The notes under the pieces were generated by a model. It searched no databases. It was not told the DNA's origin and worked only from the letters and a program-made list of their open reading frames with translations. From positions 2,225 through 66,224 of the forward strand of contig SVHF01000002.1 of NCBI GenBank assembly GCA_015055975.1: 64,000 nt of DNA, read 5' to 3'. Position 1 is the stretch's first letter. Each line of letters opens with the position of its first letter. The translations under genes and the position numbers were made by a program. Positions 42,951 through 53,342 of the stretch are shown in pieces. This stretch comes from Clostridiales bacterium (GTDB lineage Bacteria > Bacillota > Clostridia > Christensenellales > UBA3700).

Positions 42951-44231
42951 TTATAGAGCTTTCCAAATAGCTTCTGTTACTGAATCGTCATTGCAATCTG
43001 CATCTTTGTAGCTGTATTTGCATTCAGATTTAGCATTTGCTTCGCCTTGGTACATTTGAATCTTACCGCTCCATGTTTCATCAATCTTATATTCCTTTGG
43101 TAAACCACATTTCCAAACTTGGTATGTGATTTCGCACTTTGAAATATTTGCTGTTGATGTTCCGTTATCTTCGTTGAAGTAACTCATTGTATCGCCATCG
43201 CTATTAGCAACTGATGGATCAACTTCTACAAAGATTTCGTAATAATCACCTTTGTCTTCAATCTTTGCTGAAGATTTCTTAAATATTGCCTTTGGACTTG
43301 TAATATCTGCATTTGTATCTGCATCATAATCGTTTGTCATACCATCAACTAAAGATAAATAGTTGATTCTTGCTTCTTTGATGTTTGCAGAATCAGCAAC
43401 TGTTTCAGCCTTTCCATAATTTGGACCTTTTGCCCATTTATCACAAGATAAGAAACCTGTAGTTGAATCATAAGTAATTGAGCTACTCTTAATTCTATAG
43501 ATAGCTTCATCTTTAATGTATCTTATAGCAACTTTTCCTTCACCTGATACGGCGGCAACTTCTAAAGCCCCAAAGTTGTGGTTGTATGGAAGCTTTAATG
43601 TTGTATCATCTTTGATTTCTTGGTTTTGTCTTCTCATTCTTTGAACGATTAAAGTACCAGATTTTTCTCCTAAATTGGTTGTACCAATTTGGTTCTTAAA
43701 ATATGAATATTGATGAGCTGTTGCCAAATTCTTTGTAGCAGCAAACATCATTTGAGCTGCGATTAAATTTTTGTCCTTTGAAGAATTGTATAAATCTTCT
43801 AAATCGTCTGCATCAAATACTAGTGCGGCTTGAATCTTTGTTTTAGATTCACAAGCTGTTGGATTTGTTTTGTATCCAGCTACCTTTTTGCTGAAATCAA
43901 CAGAATCTGCAACGTCTCCGCTTTGGCTCTTAGCAAATAGATTAAATCCTAACATTGGTAGGATTACAAATAGGGCAACTAAAACAATTGCAGCAACACC
44001 AGCAACAACGCTTGATGTAATAATAGCAATTTTTGTACCTTTCTTCATTTTGCCTTTCTTTGCTTTCTTTGGAGCTTTTGCTTTTTTAGAAGGCTTTTCG
44101 TCTTCTTCTTCGAAATCTTCGTCGTCTAAAACTTCTTCATCGTCGATGACTTCTTCATCTTCATCAATGAATTCTTCTTCGTCTAAGATTTCATCGTCTA
44201 GTTCTTCTTTCTTTAAATCTTTTTTAGCCAT
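42951..44231 (-). CDS. Type-II membrane-anchored protein with a polyacidic then polybasic cytoplasmic N-terminus and an unknown extracellular domain
   Basis: aa 1-45 are almost all D/E (DDEILDEEEFIDEDEEVIDDEEVLDDEDFEEEDE), then KKAKAPKKAKKGKMKK, then TM IAIITSSVVAGVAAIVLVALFVILP, then ~330 aa with no recognised motif. Confidence 0.5.
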   Translation of the reverse strand: MAKKDLKKEELDDEILDEEEFIDEDEEVIDDEEVLDDEDFEEEDEKPSKKAKAPKKAKKGKMKKGTKIAIITSSVVAGVAAIVLVALFVILPMLGFNLFAKSQSGDVADSVDFSKKVAGYKTNPTACESKTKIQAALVFDADDLEDLYNSSKDKNLIAAQMMFAATKNLATAHQYSYFKNQIGTTNLGEKSGTLIVQRMRRQNQEIKDDTTLKLPYNHNFGALEVAAVSGEGKVAIRYIKDEAIYRIKSSSITYDSTTGFLSCDKWAKGPNYGKAETVADSANIKEARINYLSLVDGMTNDYDADTNADITSPKAIFKKSSAKIEDKGDYYEIFVEVDPSVANSDGDTMSYFNEDNGTSTANISKCEITYQVWKCGLPKEYKIDETWSGKIQMYQGEANAKSECKYSYKDADCNDDSVTEAIWKAL

Positions 44232-44340
44232 AATTCACCCTTTTAATAGTTTTAAATTATATATATTCAAGTATATAGTCAAGTTTTAGTATAAGTCAAT
44301 ATTTAATATTTTAACGCGCCTATATAGTAGCGCACGCATA

Positions 44341-44368
44341 TTGACAAATCGTGAAATCTACTTAAAAT
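44341..44368 (+). promoter_or_regulatory. Putative promoter of the GH38 gene
   Basis: TTGACA (44341-44346), 16-nt spacer, TAAAAT (44363-44368). Confidence 0.45.
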
Positions 44369-44388
44369 TAAATTATACGAGGTAAAAT

Positions 44389-47334
44389 ATGGTTGAAAGA
44401 ACGGCTCTTTATCCGCAACATGTTATTAGGTTGCTTGGAATTAGAAAAAACATTTACAAAAAGATTGCAGAATTAGATTGCGAAGCTGCATTATCTAAAG
44501 AACCAATAAAAAAAGAAAGATTAAACGAGGCAGAATTCTATAAGTTCCAAAACGGAATGGTTTGGGGCTCAGATTTTGATTGCGCTTGGTTTAAATTCAA
44601 AGGGAAGGTTCCAGATAGTGCAAAGGGCAAGCACGTAGTTGCTTTAATTAACATTGAAGGCGAAGGTGTTGTATATATTGATGGAAAAGCAACTCAAGGT
44701 ATTACACAAGTTTTAACGGGTATTGATCTTGTTCAATCAAGGAAAGGGAAACAAGTAGTAGAACTATTCCAAAATGCTCAAGGCGGAGAAAATGTAGATT
44801 TACTTGTTGATGCTGGCTTTAATGGTAAGCGTAAAAAACAAGGCGTTAAAGTTTCGCTTGCTAGAAAAGATATCGCGATTTGCAATGATGAAGTTCTAAC
44901 TTATTATTATGATTATCTACAACTATTTATGTTGATGCTTACATATAAGGAAAATGAACTTCTAAAAGAAGATAGATTAAAAGAGATCCAATTAGCACTA
45001 AATGCAAGTTATAAGCTATATTCTAAAAAAGAATATCTAAAAGCGCACGAACTTCTAAAAGAAGTTATCTCAAAACCAATTGACTATAAAGCAACTGAAT
45101 ATACAGCAATCGGTCATGCTCATATTGACCTTGCTTGGCTTTGGCCAATTAGAGAGACAAAAAGAAAGGGCGTAAGAACATATGCAACAGCTCTTCATAA
45201 TATTGAAAAGAACGATAAATATGTATTTGGGGCATCTCAAGCTCAACTTATGCAATGGGTAAAAGAAGAAGAGCCAGAGCTTTATGAAAGATTCAAACAA
45301 GCCGTCGCTGCAGGAAGAATTGAGCTTCAAGGTGGAATGTGGACGGAAAACGATTGTAATATCCCATCTGGCGAATCAATCATAAGACAATTCCTATATG
45401 GCGAGAAGTTCTTTATAGATGAATTTGGAAAAACATCAAAGATGGTATGGCTTCCAGATGTATTTGGATATCCAGCATCGTTGCCTCAAATTATAAAGAA
45501 ATGCGGTAAAGATTATTTCATGACAATTAAGCTTACATGGAATACACATAATAAATTCCCATATAAGACATTTATGTGGAAGGGAATAGATGGAACAGAA
45601 GTTCTATCTCATATGGCACCTCAAGGCGATTATAACTCAACTGCATCTCCAATGGCTGTAGTAAAAAGCAATAAAGGAAATCCACAAAAAGACAAGATTG
45701 GCAAAGCTTTGCTTATCTATGGAGTGGGCGATGGTGGTGGTGGCCCAGGTGAAGCTCAAATTAGCTTTTTGGATAGACAAGAAGAAAATTATGGTCTAAA
45801 TAAAATTGTTAGACGTGGAGCTGAGGAGCTGTTTAAAGATCTAGAGCAAGAATATGCAGAAGTTATTCCAACATATGATGGCGAACTATATCTTGAAAAG
45901 CACCAAGGTACTTATACTTCTCAAGCGAAGAATAAATATTACAATAGAAAGCTTGAGAACGATTTGCACACACTTGAGTGGCTAACTACGGTTGCTCAAA
46001 TTAATAGAATTCCATTTGATCAAGAAAAGATTGATAAAATCTGGAAGGAAGTGCTTTTGTATCAATTCCATGATATTATCCCAGGATCTTCTATCAAGCG
46101 TGTATACGACGAATCTGTGGCAAGATATCAAATCCTTGAAAAAGAAGTTGCAGAAATGCAAAACTTCATCTTGGCAAAAGTTGCAACAAAGCAAACACTT
46201 GCTGTTATTAATCCAATAGATTTTGAAAGACAAGAATATGTAAAAGTTGAGGATACTTGGTATAAAGCAGAAGTAAATAAGTATTCTGCCGCTGCTTTAT
46301 CTCCAGCAGGGGAATTTGAGGGCTTGAAATATGGCGATGATTTTATCTCAACACCAAAGATAAAAGTTGGATTCAATATGGATGGTTCAATTTGCTCGCT
46401 ATATGATAAAGAAGAGCAAAAAGAACTATGTGGCGAGTTTATGAATAAACTCGTAGTATTTTCTGACCCAAAGCTTTATTACAATGCTTGGGATATAAGA
46501 GATGACTATAGAAAATTAAAGACAGAAGAATTCAAGTTGGTTAATTTCAATTCATATATTGATGGGCCTGAAGCAGTAAGAGAAAACACATATAAATATA
46601 ACAAGAGTTTGCTTGTTCAAAAGATAAAGATTGGTATTGATTCAAAGCTTGTCACATTTGAGACAATCGTAGATTGGCATGAAGATTTTAAGATGCTTAG
46701 AGCTGAATTTAAACCAACGTTCTTTAATGATAAAGTAAACTGTGACATCCAGTTCGGAAACGTAGATAGATCAACTCATGATGATACATCTATAGAGAAG
46801 GCGCAATTTGAAATCTGTGCTCATAAGTTTGTAAATATCGACGGCGATGGATATGGATTAGGATTAATCAATAATTGTAAATATGGTCATAGAGTAAAAG
46901 AAGGACTAATTTCTCTAAATCTTCTAAGAAGTCCAAAATCTCCAGACCCAACTTGTGATATGGGTAAGCATTACTTTGCTTACGCGCTATATCCACACGT
47001 AGGCTCATGGGAAGAAAGCGACTTAGTAAAACAATCTTATTGTTTTAATTATCCACTTTTAGTTAGCGATTATCTTGTAGATATAGGGGATATTGTAGAT
47101 GTAGATAACTCTAACGTAATCGTTGAGACAATCAAGCCTTCTTCAACTGGAGACGGATTTGTGATAAGATTGTATGAGAGGTATGGTATGCCAACCTCGT
47201 GCAAATTAAGAATAGGAGTAAAGGCCAAAGAGGTGTTCTTAACGAATCTAATAGAGCAAGATCCTGTTAAGTTAACAACATCAAATCTAGACTTTGGTCC
47301 ATATGAAATAAAGACTATTTTAGTAAAGTACTAG
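44389..47334 (+). CDS. GH38 alpha-mannosidase
   Basis: IGHAHIDLAWLWP, WLPDVFGY and the later HQGTYTS blocks are GH38 signatures. 981 aa. Confidence 0.9.
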   Translation: MVERTALYPQHVIRLLGIRKNIYKKIAELDCEAALSKEPIKKERLNEAEFYKFQNGMVWGSDFDCAWFKFKGKVPDSAKGKHVVALINIEGEGVVYIDGKATQGITQVLTGIDLVQSRKGKQVVELFQNAQGGENVDLLVDAGFNGKRKKQGVKVSLARKDIAICNDEVLTYYYDYLQLFMLMLTYKENELLKEDRLKEIQLALNASYKLYSKKEYLKAHELLKEVISKPIDYKATEYTAIGHAHIDLAWLWPIRETKRKGVRTYATALHNIEKNDKYVFGASQAQLMQWVKEEEPELYERFKQAVAAGRIELQGGMWTENDCNIPSGESIIRQFLYGEKFFIDEFGKTSKMVWLPDVFGYPASLPQIIKKCGKDYFMTIKLTWNTHNKFPYKTFMWKGIDGTEVLSHMAPQGDYNSTASPMAVVKSNKGNPQKDKIGKALLIYGVGDGGGGPGEAQISFLDRQEENYGLNKIVRRGAEELFKDLEQEYAEVIPTYDGELYLEKHQGTYTSQAKNKYYNRKLENDLHTLEWLTTVAQINRIPFDQEKIDKIWKEVLLYQFHDIIPGSSIKRVYDESVARYQILEKEVAEMQNFILAKVATKQTLAVINPIDFERQEYVKVEDTWYKAEVNKYSAAALSPAGEFEGLKYGDDFISTPKIKVGFNMDGSICSLYDKEEQKELCGEFMNKLVVFSDPKLYYNAWDIRDDYRKLKTEEFKLVNFNSYIDGPEAVRENTYKYNKSLLVQKIKIGIDSKLVTFETIVDWHEDFKMLRAEFKPTFFNDKVNCDIQFGNVDRSTHDDTSIEKAQFEICAHKFVNIDGDGYGLGLINNCKYGHRVKEGLISLNLLRSPKSPDPTCDMGKHYFAYALYPHVGSWEESDLVKQSYCFNYPLLVSDYLVDIGDIVDVDNSNVIVETIKPSSTGDGFVIRLYERYGMPTSCKLRIGVKAKEVFLTNLIEQDPVKLTTSNLDFGPYEIKTILVKY

Positions 47335-47348
47335 GAGGTAAGTACAAG

Positions 47349-48230
47349 ATGAAAAGGCTAGTTAGTATTATATTAGTAATAGGTATTATTGCTTCTTTAG
47401 CAATAGTAGGACTTGTAGCTTGTAAAGATACAAGAACAGGATATCCTGACGGGGAAAAGTACTCAGTAGGTACAGGCGAATATAATATCGCCAATGTTTC
47501 TAAATTAAATGTTACATGGACTGCAGGTGCAGCATACATAACATTCACAGATGAAGTAACTTCTGTTCAAATTAGTGAAGAGAATAATTTAACAGAACCA
47601 GACTATCAACTTCATCACTATCTAGATCCAGATGGAACATTATGGATTAAACCATTGGCAGCTACAGTACTTGATGATGCTATTCCATCTTTCTCAACAA
47701 AGATTCTAACTCTAAAGCTTCCAAAGAAGGCTTTAGCCGAAGTAGCTGTTGAACAACACGGCGCAGAACTTGTATTAGTTGGAGCTAACGCTCAAAAGAT
47801 TACAACATACAACACTGGATATGGCACATCTATTAGAGAATCTCAAGCTGTAGATCTAAGCGCAACATCTCAAGGTATTACAGGTGATGTAAGCTTTAAT
47901 GGTGCAGTAACTGGAACAGTTAAGATTTCAGCTGCAATGCAAGCATTCTTTACAACAACAACAATGCCTACAGAAATCACTATGAGTGGTAAGGGTAAGG
48001 TTTCTTGCTATATTCCAGAATCTAATCCAGGATTCAATGTTAAGTACAATTCAGTTACAACATTCCATTCTAACTTCACACTAACAGATCCAGTCGACAC
48101 AGAAGATGGATTAAAAGCTAGAACATTTGGAAGTGGTCAAGTTGCAATTAAATTATCTTGCTCAACAAGAACATGGTTGTTCAGTGATAAGACAGAAAAC
48201 ATTACAACTATTAGCTATCTTGAAGCATAA
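47349..48230 (+). CDS. Lipoprotein of unknown function (possibly a DUF4097-like beta-strand repeat)
   Basis: Signal peptide plus lipobox IVGLVAC. The remainder is Thr/Ser-rich and beta-rich. Confidence 0.55.
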   Translation: MKRLVSIILVIGIIASLAIVGLVACKDTRTGYPDGEKYSVGTGEYNIANVSKLNVTWTAGAAYITFTDEVTSVQISEENNLTEPDYQLHHYLDPDGTLWIKPLAATVLDDAIPSFSTKILTLKLPKKALAEVAVEQHGAELVLVGANAQKITTYNTGYGTSIRESQAVDLSATSQGITGDVSFNGAVTGTVKISAAMQAFFTTTTMPTEITMSGKGKVSCYIPESNPGFNVKYNSVTTFHSNFTLTDPVDTEDGLKARTFGSGQVAIKLSCSTRTWLFSDKTENITTISYLEA

Positions 48231-48252
48231 ATAAGTAATTAAAGAAAAGTGT

Positions 48253-48276
48253 AGGGAGTTGCGATTGCAGCTCCCT
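48253..48276. terminator. Bidirectional terminator hairpin between convergent genes
   Basis: agggagttgc-gatt-gcagctccct (10 bp including one G-U pair). Confidence 0.55.
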
Positions 48277-48299
48277 TCTTATATGCGTGTACGTTATAA

Positions 48300-49067
48300 T
48301 TAATCGATACTATTATAATTTTGAATCTTTGGAGATTCTGTGAATTCTTTTGGAGATACTCCAGTTATTTTTTTGAATACTCTTGAGAAATATAACTGAT
48401 CAGTAAATCCACACATTTCAGCAATTTCGTAAATCTTGTAATTGTTTACATCTTTAGATAAAAGCAACTTTTGAGCGAAGTTGATTCTTGTATTAGACAA
48501 AAATTGTAGTGGTGAAATACCTTTTTCTTTAATAAATTGACGCCTAATATAATCCTTAGATAAATCGAACTTATCATATACATCTTCTAGATCAAATTGT
48601 GGGTCAGAGAAGTTCTCAAGGATGATATTTGCAATTGCTTCAATATGGTGTGACGCTTGAATTGAATCACTAAATGCCATAAGCATAGATAGGATCAATT
48701 CTGTAAATGACATAATGATATCTGAGTGTCCCATATCTTCAAGATTGAAGTATCTTAAACACATATTCAAAATAGAGAATAAATCACATTTTTCGTTGTC
48801 GTTTATAAGAACAGCATTTTTAAATGCTGGGTTCCAATTTGCAACAGTCATGTGGATGTTTTTAAACCCATTTTGTGATGTGTTTGAGTGAATAGTTTTT
48901 GGTGGTATTATAACGACTTGATTTTTTGCGTATTGAATGTCTTGTCCACCCTTAATCTTAATAGTTCCGTTACCGTTTGTACAATATATGATTTCCCAGT
49001 AGTCATGTTGGTGAACTGAGACGTCATATGTTTTCATGTTTCTTCCGATATAATTAATTATTGGCAT
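48300..49067 (-). CDS. AraC-family transcriptional regulator (cupin sensor plus HTH_18)
   Basis: N-terminal cupin-like HQHDYWEIIYCTNGNG. C-terminal GISPLQFLSNTRINFAQKLL...IAEMCGFTDQLYFSRVFKKITGVSPKEF. Confidence 0.85.
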   Translation of the reverse strand: MPIINYIGRNMKTYDVSVHQHDYWEIIYCTNGNGTIKIKGGQDIQYAKNQVVIIPPKTIHSNTSQNGFKNIHMTVANWNPAFKNAVLINDNEKCDLFSILNMCLRYFNLEDMGHSDIIMSFTELILSMLMAFSDSIQASHHIEAIANIILENFSDPQFDLEDVYDKFDLSKDYIRRQFIKEKGISPLQFLSNTRINFAQKLLLSKDVNNYKIYEIAEMCGFTDQLYFSRVFKKITGVSPKEFTESPKIQNYNSID

Positions 49068-49255
49068 AGTTATCCCTCTTTTTGATTTGTAAAACTATTA
49101 TACAAAATCATATCCGTTTTGTCCATAATATTGATAAAAATTAGCATTGTAAATAGATATTCTTTAAATTATAATTAATTACATAGGGGCGCAATGCGTA
49201 TTATAAATAATTATTTAACACCCCGATAACGTGAATATAATTTAGGAGCACATAT

Positions 49256-49903
49256 ATGAAGAAGTTTGAAATTTATCAAGCAGTTAAGCAAGAAGGCGTT
49301 GTTGTCGTTATAAGAGGCGATAGCGTAGAACAAGCAATCAAAACAGTTGAATCATGTTATGCAGGTGGAATTAAAATCATGGAAGTTACTTTCACAGTTC
49401 CAAATGCAGACCAAATCATAAAGACTTTAGTTGAAAAATACAAGGGCACAGATATGATAGTTGGAGCTGGTACAGTTCTAGATCCAGAAACAGCAAGAGC
49501 AGCAATTTTAGCTGGTGCTCAATTTGTTGTATCTCCAGCATTAAATGTTGAGACAATCAAACTTTGCAATAGATATGGTGTTGCAGTAATGAGTGGTATC
49601 TTTACTCCAACAGAAGCAATTACAGCGCTTGAATATGGCGTAGATATTCTAAAGCTATTCCCAGGCGATGTTGCAACTCCAAAGGGATTAAAGGCTCTAA
49701 AGGGACCTCTTCCTCAAGCTAACATTATGCCAACAGGTGGCGTTAGCTTAGAAAACGTTGAAGAATGGTTCAAAGCTGGTGCTTATGCAGTAGGCGCTGG
49801 TTCATTTATTACAAAGGGCGCAAAGAGCGGAGATTATAAAGCTGTTGAAGATATTTCAAGAGAATTCGTAAATAAAGTAAAAGCAGTTAAGGGGAATAAA
49901 TAA
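49256..49903 (+). CDS. eda: 2-keto-3-deoxy-6-phosphogluconate (KDPG)/KHG aldolase
   Basis: GGIKIMEVTFTVPNA, VGAGTVLD, FVVSPA and LKLFPG blocks. Confidence 0.85.
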   Translation: MKKFEIYQAVKQEGVVVVIRGDSVEQAIKTVESCYAGGIKIMEVTFTVPNADQIIKTLVEKYKGTDMIVGAGTVLDPETARAAILAGAQFVVSPALNVETIKLCNRYGVAVMSGIFTPTEAITALEYGVDILKLFPGDVATPKGLKALKGPLPQANIMPTGGVSLENVEEWFKAGAYAVGAGSFITKGAKSGDYKAVEDISREFVNKVKAVKGNK

Positions 49904-49904
49904 G

Positions 49905-50930
49905 ATGGGCAAGATTTTAACAGTTGGCGAAATTATGATGAGATTGCAACCTCTTGGATATAAGAGATTGATGCAAGCTGACACACTAGAAGTAGTATTT
50001 GGTGGCGGCGAAGCAAACGTAGCAGTATCTTTAGCACAATTTGGCGAAGATGCTGTTTATTTTACTAAGCTTCCTAAGAACGCTTTAGCAGATAAGTGTG
50101 TAAATCAATTAAGAGGATTTGGCGTAGATACAACAAAGATTATCCGTGGCGGAGATAGAATGGGTATCTACTTCTGCGAAAAGGGATGTTCACAAAGAGG
50201 TTCAAATGTCATTTATGATAGAGCAAACTCAGCAGTATCTCAAATGAAGGCAGATGAAATCGATACAGACGATTTATTAAATGGAGTTACATGGTTACAC
50301 TGGACAGGTATCACTCCAGCTTTATCTGAAAATGCTATTGAATGCATGAGAAAGATTTTAAGAGCAGCAAAATTAAAGGGCATTACAGTATCTTGCGATC
50401 TTAACTATAGAAAGAAGCTTTGGACAAAGCAAAGAGCGAATGAAGTTATGAGCGAACTTGTAAATTATGTAGACGTTCTAATTTCAAACGAAGAAGATTC
50501 TAAAGATGTATTTGGAATCGAAGCAAGTGGCTCAAATATTACAGCAGGCGTTTTATCTGCTGATGGCTACGAAGAAATTGGTCATAAGTTAATGGCTAAA
50601 TTCCCAAATATTAAATACGTAGCATTTACACTAAGAGAATCTATTTCTGCATCAGTTAACAATTGGTCAGGAATTTTAATCACAAAAGAAAAATCATATA
50701 AGTCTAAAAAGTACACAATTCAAATCGTAGATAGAGTAGGCGGCGGAGATAGCTTCGGTGCTGGTTTAATCTATGGCCTTGTAAATAAGCTTTCAGAACA
50801 AGAAACAATCGAATATGCAATTGCTGCATCTTGTCTAAAGCATACAATAGAAGGCGACTTCAACATCACAAGTGTAGATGAAGTTATGAAACTTGTAGGA
50901 GGAGATGGCAGTGGCAGAGTTCAAAGATAG
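49905..50930 (+). CDS. kdgK: 2-dehydro-3-deoxygluconokinase (PfkB family)
   Basis: VGEIMMRL, GGGEANVAVSLAQFG and the C-terminal DRVGGGDSFGAGLIYG PfkB signature. Confidence 0.85.
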   Translation: MGKILTVGEIMMRLQPLGYKRLMQADTLEVVFGGGEANVAVSLAQFGEDAVYFTKLPKNALADKCVNQLRGFGVDTTKIIRGGDRMGIYFCEKGCSQRGSNVIYDRANSAVSQMKADEIDTDDLLNGVTWLHWTGITPALSENAIECMRKILRAAKLKGITVSCDLNYRKKLWTKQRANEVMSELVNYVDVLISNEEDSKDVFGIEASGSNITAGVLSADGYEEIGHKLMAKFPNIKYVAFTLRESISASVNNWSGILITKEKSYKSKKYTIQIVDRVGGGDSFGAGLIYGLVNKLSEQETIEYAIAASCLKHTIEGDFNITSVDEVMKLVGGDGSGRVQR

Positions 50931-52281
50931 ACCAGTCAATCTTCTAAAGAGCAAGTTTGCTGAAGATTTATATAAGCAAGTTAAGGACTTGCCAATTATC
51001 GATTATCATTGTCACTTATCTCCAAAAGAAATTTACGAAGATAAAGTATTTGATAACATTGGTGAAATGTGGCTTGCTGGCGACCATTATAAATGGCGTT
51101 TAATGAGAGCTAACGGCGTTGAAGAAAGATATATTACAGGTGGAAGCACTTGGGAAGAAAAATTCACTAAATTCATCGAAACAGTATCTACAGCATATGG
51201 TAATCCTATTCAAGATTGGGTAGCGCTAGAGCTTGAGATGTTCTTTAATATCACTCTTCCTCTAAAGCCAGAAAATGCAAAAGCTATTTGGGAAAAAGCA
51301 AATGCAAAAATTAAGGATGAACAATTATCTCCAAGAAAGCTTATAAAGATGGCAAATGTTGAATATATCGCAACAACAGATGATCCAATCGATTCACTTG
51401 AATATCATAAGCTTTTACAAGATGACAAGACATTTAACGTTAAAGTAGTGCCATCTTTTAGAGTAGACAACATCTTGTTGGCTCAAGATAAAAATTATCC
51501 AATTTACATGTGTCAATTAAGCCATGCAAGTGGAATTAAGATTCAAGATATAGAAACACTTCAAAAAGCAATACTTGCAAGAATGAACTTCTTTGTATCA
51601 ATGGGATGTAAATTCTCAGATGTTGGTATTCAAGGATTCCCAACAAGAATTGCACAAAAATCAGAAGCAGATGAAACATTTAAGTTATTGCTTCAAGGAA
51701 AAGAAGTGTCTCAAGAGCAATATAACGGATTTTTGGGATACATGTATCTATTCTTAGGAAAAGCATACACAGATAGAAAGATGGTTATGCAATTACACTT
51801 AGCAGTAACAAGAAATTCAAATAGTGAAATGTTTGAAATACTTGGAAAAGATGCAGGCTTTGACTGCGTAGGAGAAGTTATTCCAATTAACTACATAAGA
51901 AATATAATCGATGCGCTAAATTCAAATAAGGCGCTTCCAGAGACAATTATATACACACTAAACCCATCAATGTATTACACACTAATTACAATGATTGGAG
52001 CATTTAGAAACGTTCACTTAGGAATCAGTTGGTGGTTCTGCGACCACAAGCGCGGTATGTATGAAACTCTAGAAAAATTAACAGAGCTTTCACACATTAA
52101 AGCTTTAGTTGGTATGCTTACAGATTCAAGAAGTTTCTTATCTTATGTAAGACATGACTACTATAGACAAATCGTTTGCGACTTTTTAGGTGGAATTATT
52201 AAAGAGGCAGATGATTTAGCAATCGACGTTGCTAAGGCATTATGTTATACAAACGCAAAAAAGATTATTGAGGAGAGATAG
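50905..52281 (+). CDS. uxaC: Glucuronate isomerase
   Basis: [15 protein letters not shown]...[14 protein letters not shown] is the canonical UxaC N-terminus. The start is uncertain (ATG 50905 or GTG 50911) and overlaps the kdgK 3' end. Confidence 0.9.
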   Translation: MAVAEFKDRPVNLLKSKFAEDLYKQVKDLPIIDYHCHLSPKEIYEDKVFDNIGEMWLAGDHYKWRLMRANGVEERYITGGSTWEEKFTKFIETVSTAYGNPIQDWVALELEMFFNITLPLKPENAKAIWEKANAKIKDEQLSPRKLIKMANVEYIATTDDPIDSLEYHKLLQDDKTFNVKVVPSFRVDNILLAQDKNYPIYMCQLSHASGIKIQDIETLQKAILARMNFFVSMGCKFSDVGIQGFPTRIAQKSEADETFKLLLQGKEVSQEQYNGFLGYMYLFLGKAYTDRKMVMQLHLAVTRNSNSEMFEILGKDAGFDCVGEVIPINYIRNIIDALNSNKALPETIIYTLNPSMYYTLITMIGAFRNVHLGISWWFCDHKRGMYETLEKLTELSHIKALVGMLTDSRSFLSYVRHDYYRQIVCDFLGGIIKEADDLAIDVAKALCYTNAKKIIEER

Positions 52282-52283
52282 AT

Positions 52284-53330
52284 ATGAGTTTTAAGATGAC
52301 ATTCCGTTGGTACGGAGAAAACGACAAAATCACTTTAGACTACATTAGACAAATTCCAGCAGTAGAGGGAATTGTATCTGCAATCTATGATGTTCCTGTT
52401 GGTGAAGTATGGCCAATGGAAAACATTCTAAAGATGAAAAAGCAATGTAACGATGCTGGATTAACATTTGAAGTTGTTGAATCAGTTCCAGTACACGAAG
52501 ATATTAAACTTGGAAACGCTAATGCTCCAAAGTTAATCGAAGTATACAAAGAAAACATTAGAAGATTAGGAAAAGCTGGAGTTAAGTGTATTTGCTATAA
52601 CTTCATGCCAGTATTTGATTGGTTAAGAAGTAACCTTGCAAAAGAATTAACAGATGGTTCAACGGCTCTTGCTTATGACCATGCTACAGTTTTAGCAATG
52701 AATCCACTAACAAGTGAATTATCTCTTCCAGGTTGGGATTCAAGCTACACAAAGGAAGGCTTAAAAGAATTATTAAACCAATACAAAGATATTGATGAAG
52801 AAAAACTATGGAAGAACATGGAAGTATTCTTAAAAGAAATTATTCCAGTTGCGGAAGAGGCTGGCATTAAAATGGCCATTCACCCAGACGATCCACCATG
52901 GGGAATCTTTGGATTACCAAGAGTTATTACTTGCGAAGAGAATTTAAAGAGATTCTTAAAGCTTGTTGATTCTCCAGCAAATGGTATTACACTTTGCACA
53001 GGATCTTTAGGTGTATCTTCTACAAACGATATCGTTCATATGATTCATACATGCAAAGGCAGAATGCCATTTGTACATTTGAGAAATATCAAAATCACAG
53101 GCGATCATTGCTTCGAAGAAAGTGGACACTTATCTTCAAAGGGAAGCTTAGATATGTATGCAATTGTTAAAGCTCTTCATGATGATGGCTTTGACGGATA
53201 TGTAAGACCAGATCATGGAAGAATGATTTGGGGCGAAACAGGAAGACCAGGATATGGCCTTTATGATAGAGCACTAGGTGCAATGTATTTACAAGGCTTA
53301 ATTGAAGCCGTAGAAAAGGCAGATAAATAA
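52284..53330 (+). CDS. uxuA: Mannonate dehydratase
   Basis: [21 protein letters not shown]..., [10 protein letters not shown] and HPDDPPW blocks. Confidence 0.9.
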   Translation: MSFKMTFRWYGENDKITLDYIRQIPAVEGIVSAIYDVPVGEVWPMENILKMKKQCNDAGLTFEVVESVPVHEDIKLGNANAPKLIEVYKENIRRLGKAGVKCICYNFMPVFDWLRSNLAKELTDGSTALAYDHATVLAMNPLTSELSLPGWDSSYTKEGLKELLNQYKDIDEEKLWKNMEVFLKEIIPVAEEAGIKMAIHPDDPPWGIFGLPRVITCEENLKRFLKLVDSPANGITLCTGSLGVSSTNDIVHMIHTCKGRMPFVHLRNIKITGDHCFEESGHLSSKGSLDMYAIVKALHDDGFDGYVRPDHGRMIWGETGRPGYGLYDRALGAMYLQGLIEAVEKADK

Positions 53331-53342
53331 GGAGTTTAGAAA

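Noticed and set aside
50905-50930. 26-nt kdgK/uxaC overlap as a programmed frameshift or fusion
   Set aside because: Both proteins have complete, conventional termini. The overlap is explained by an upstream start choice (ATG 50905 or GTG 50911) for uxaC. No slippery heptamer was noticed.
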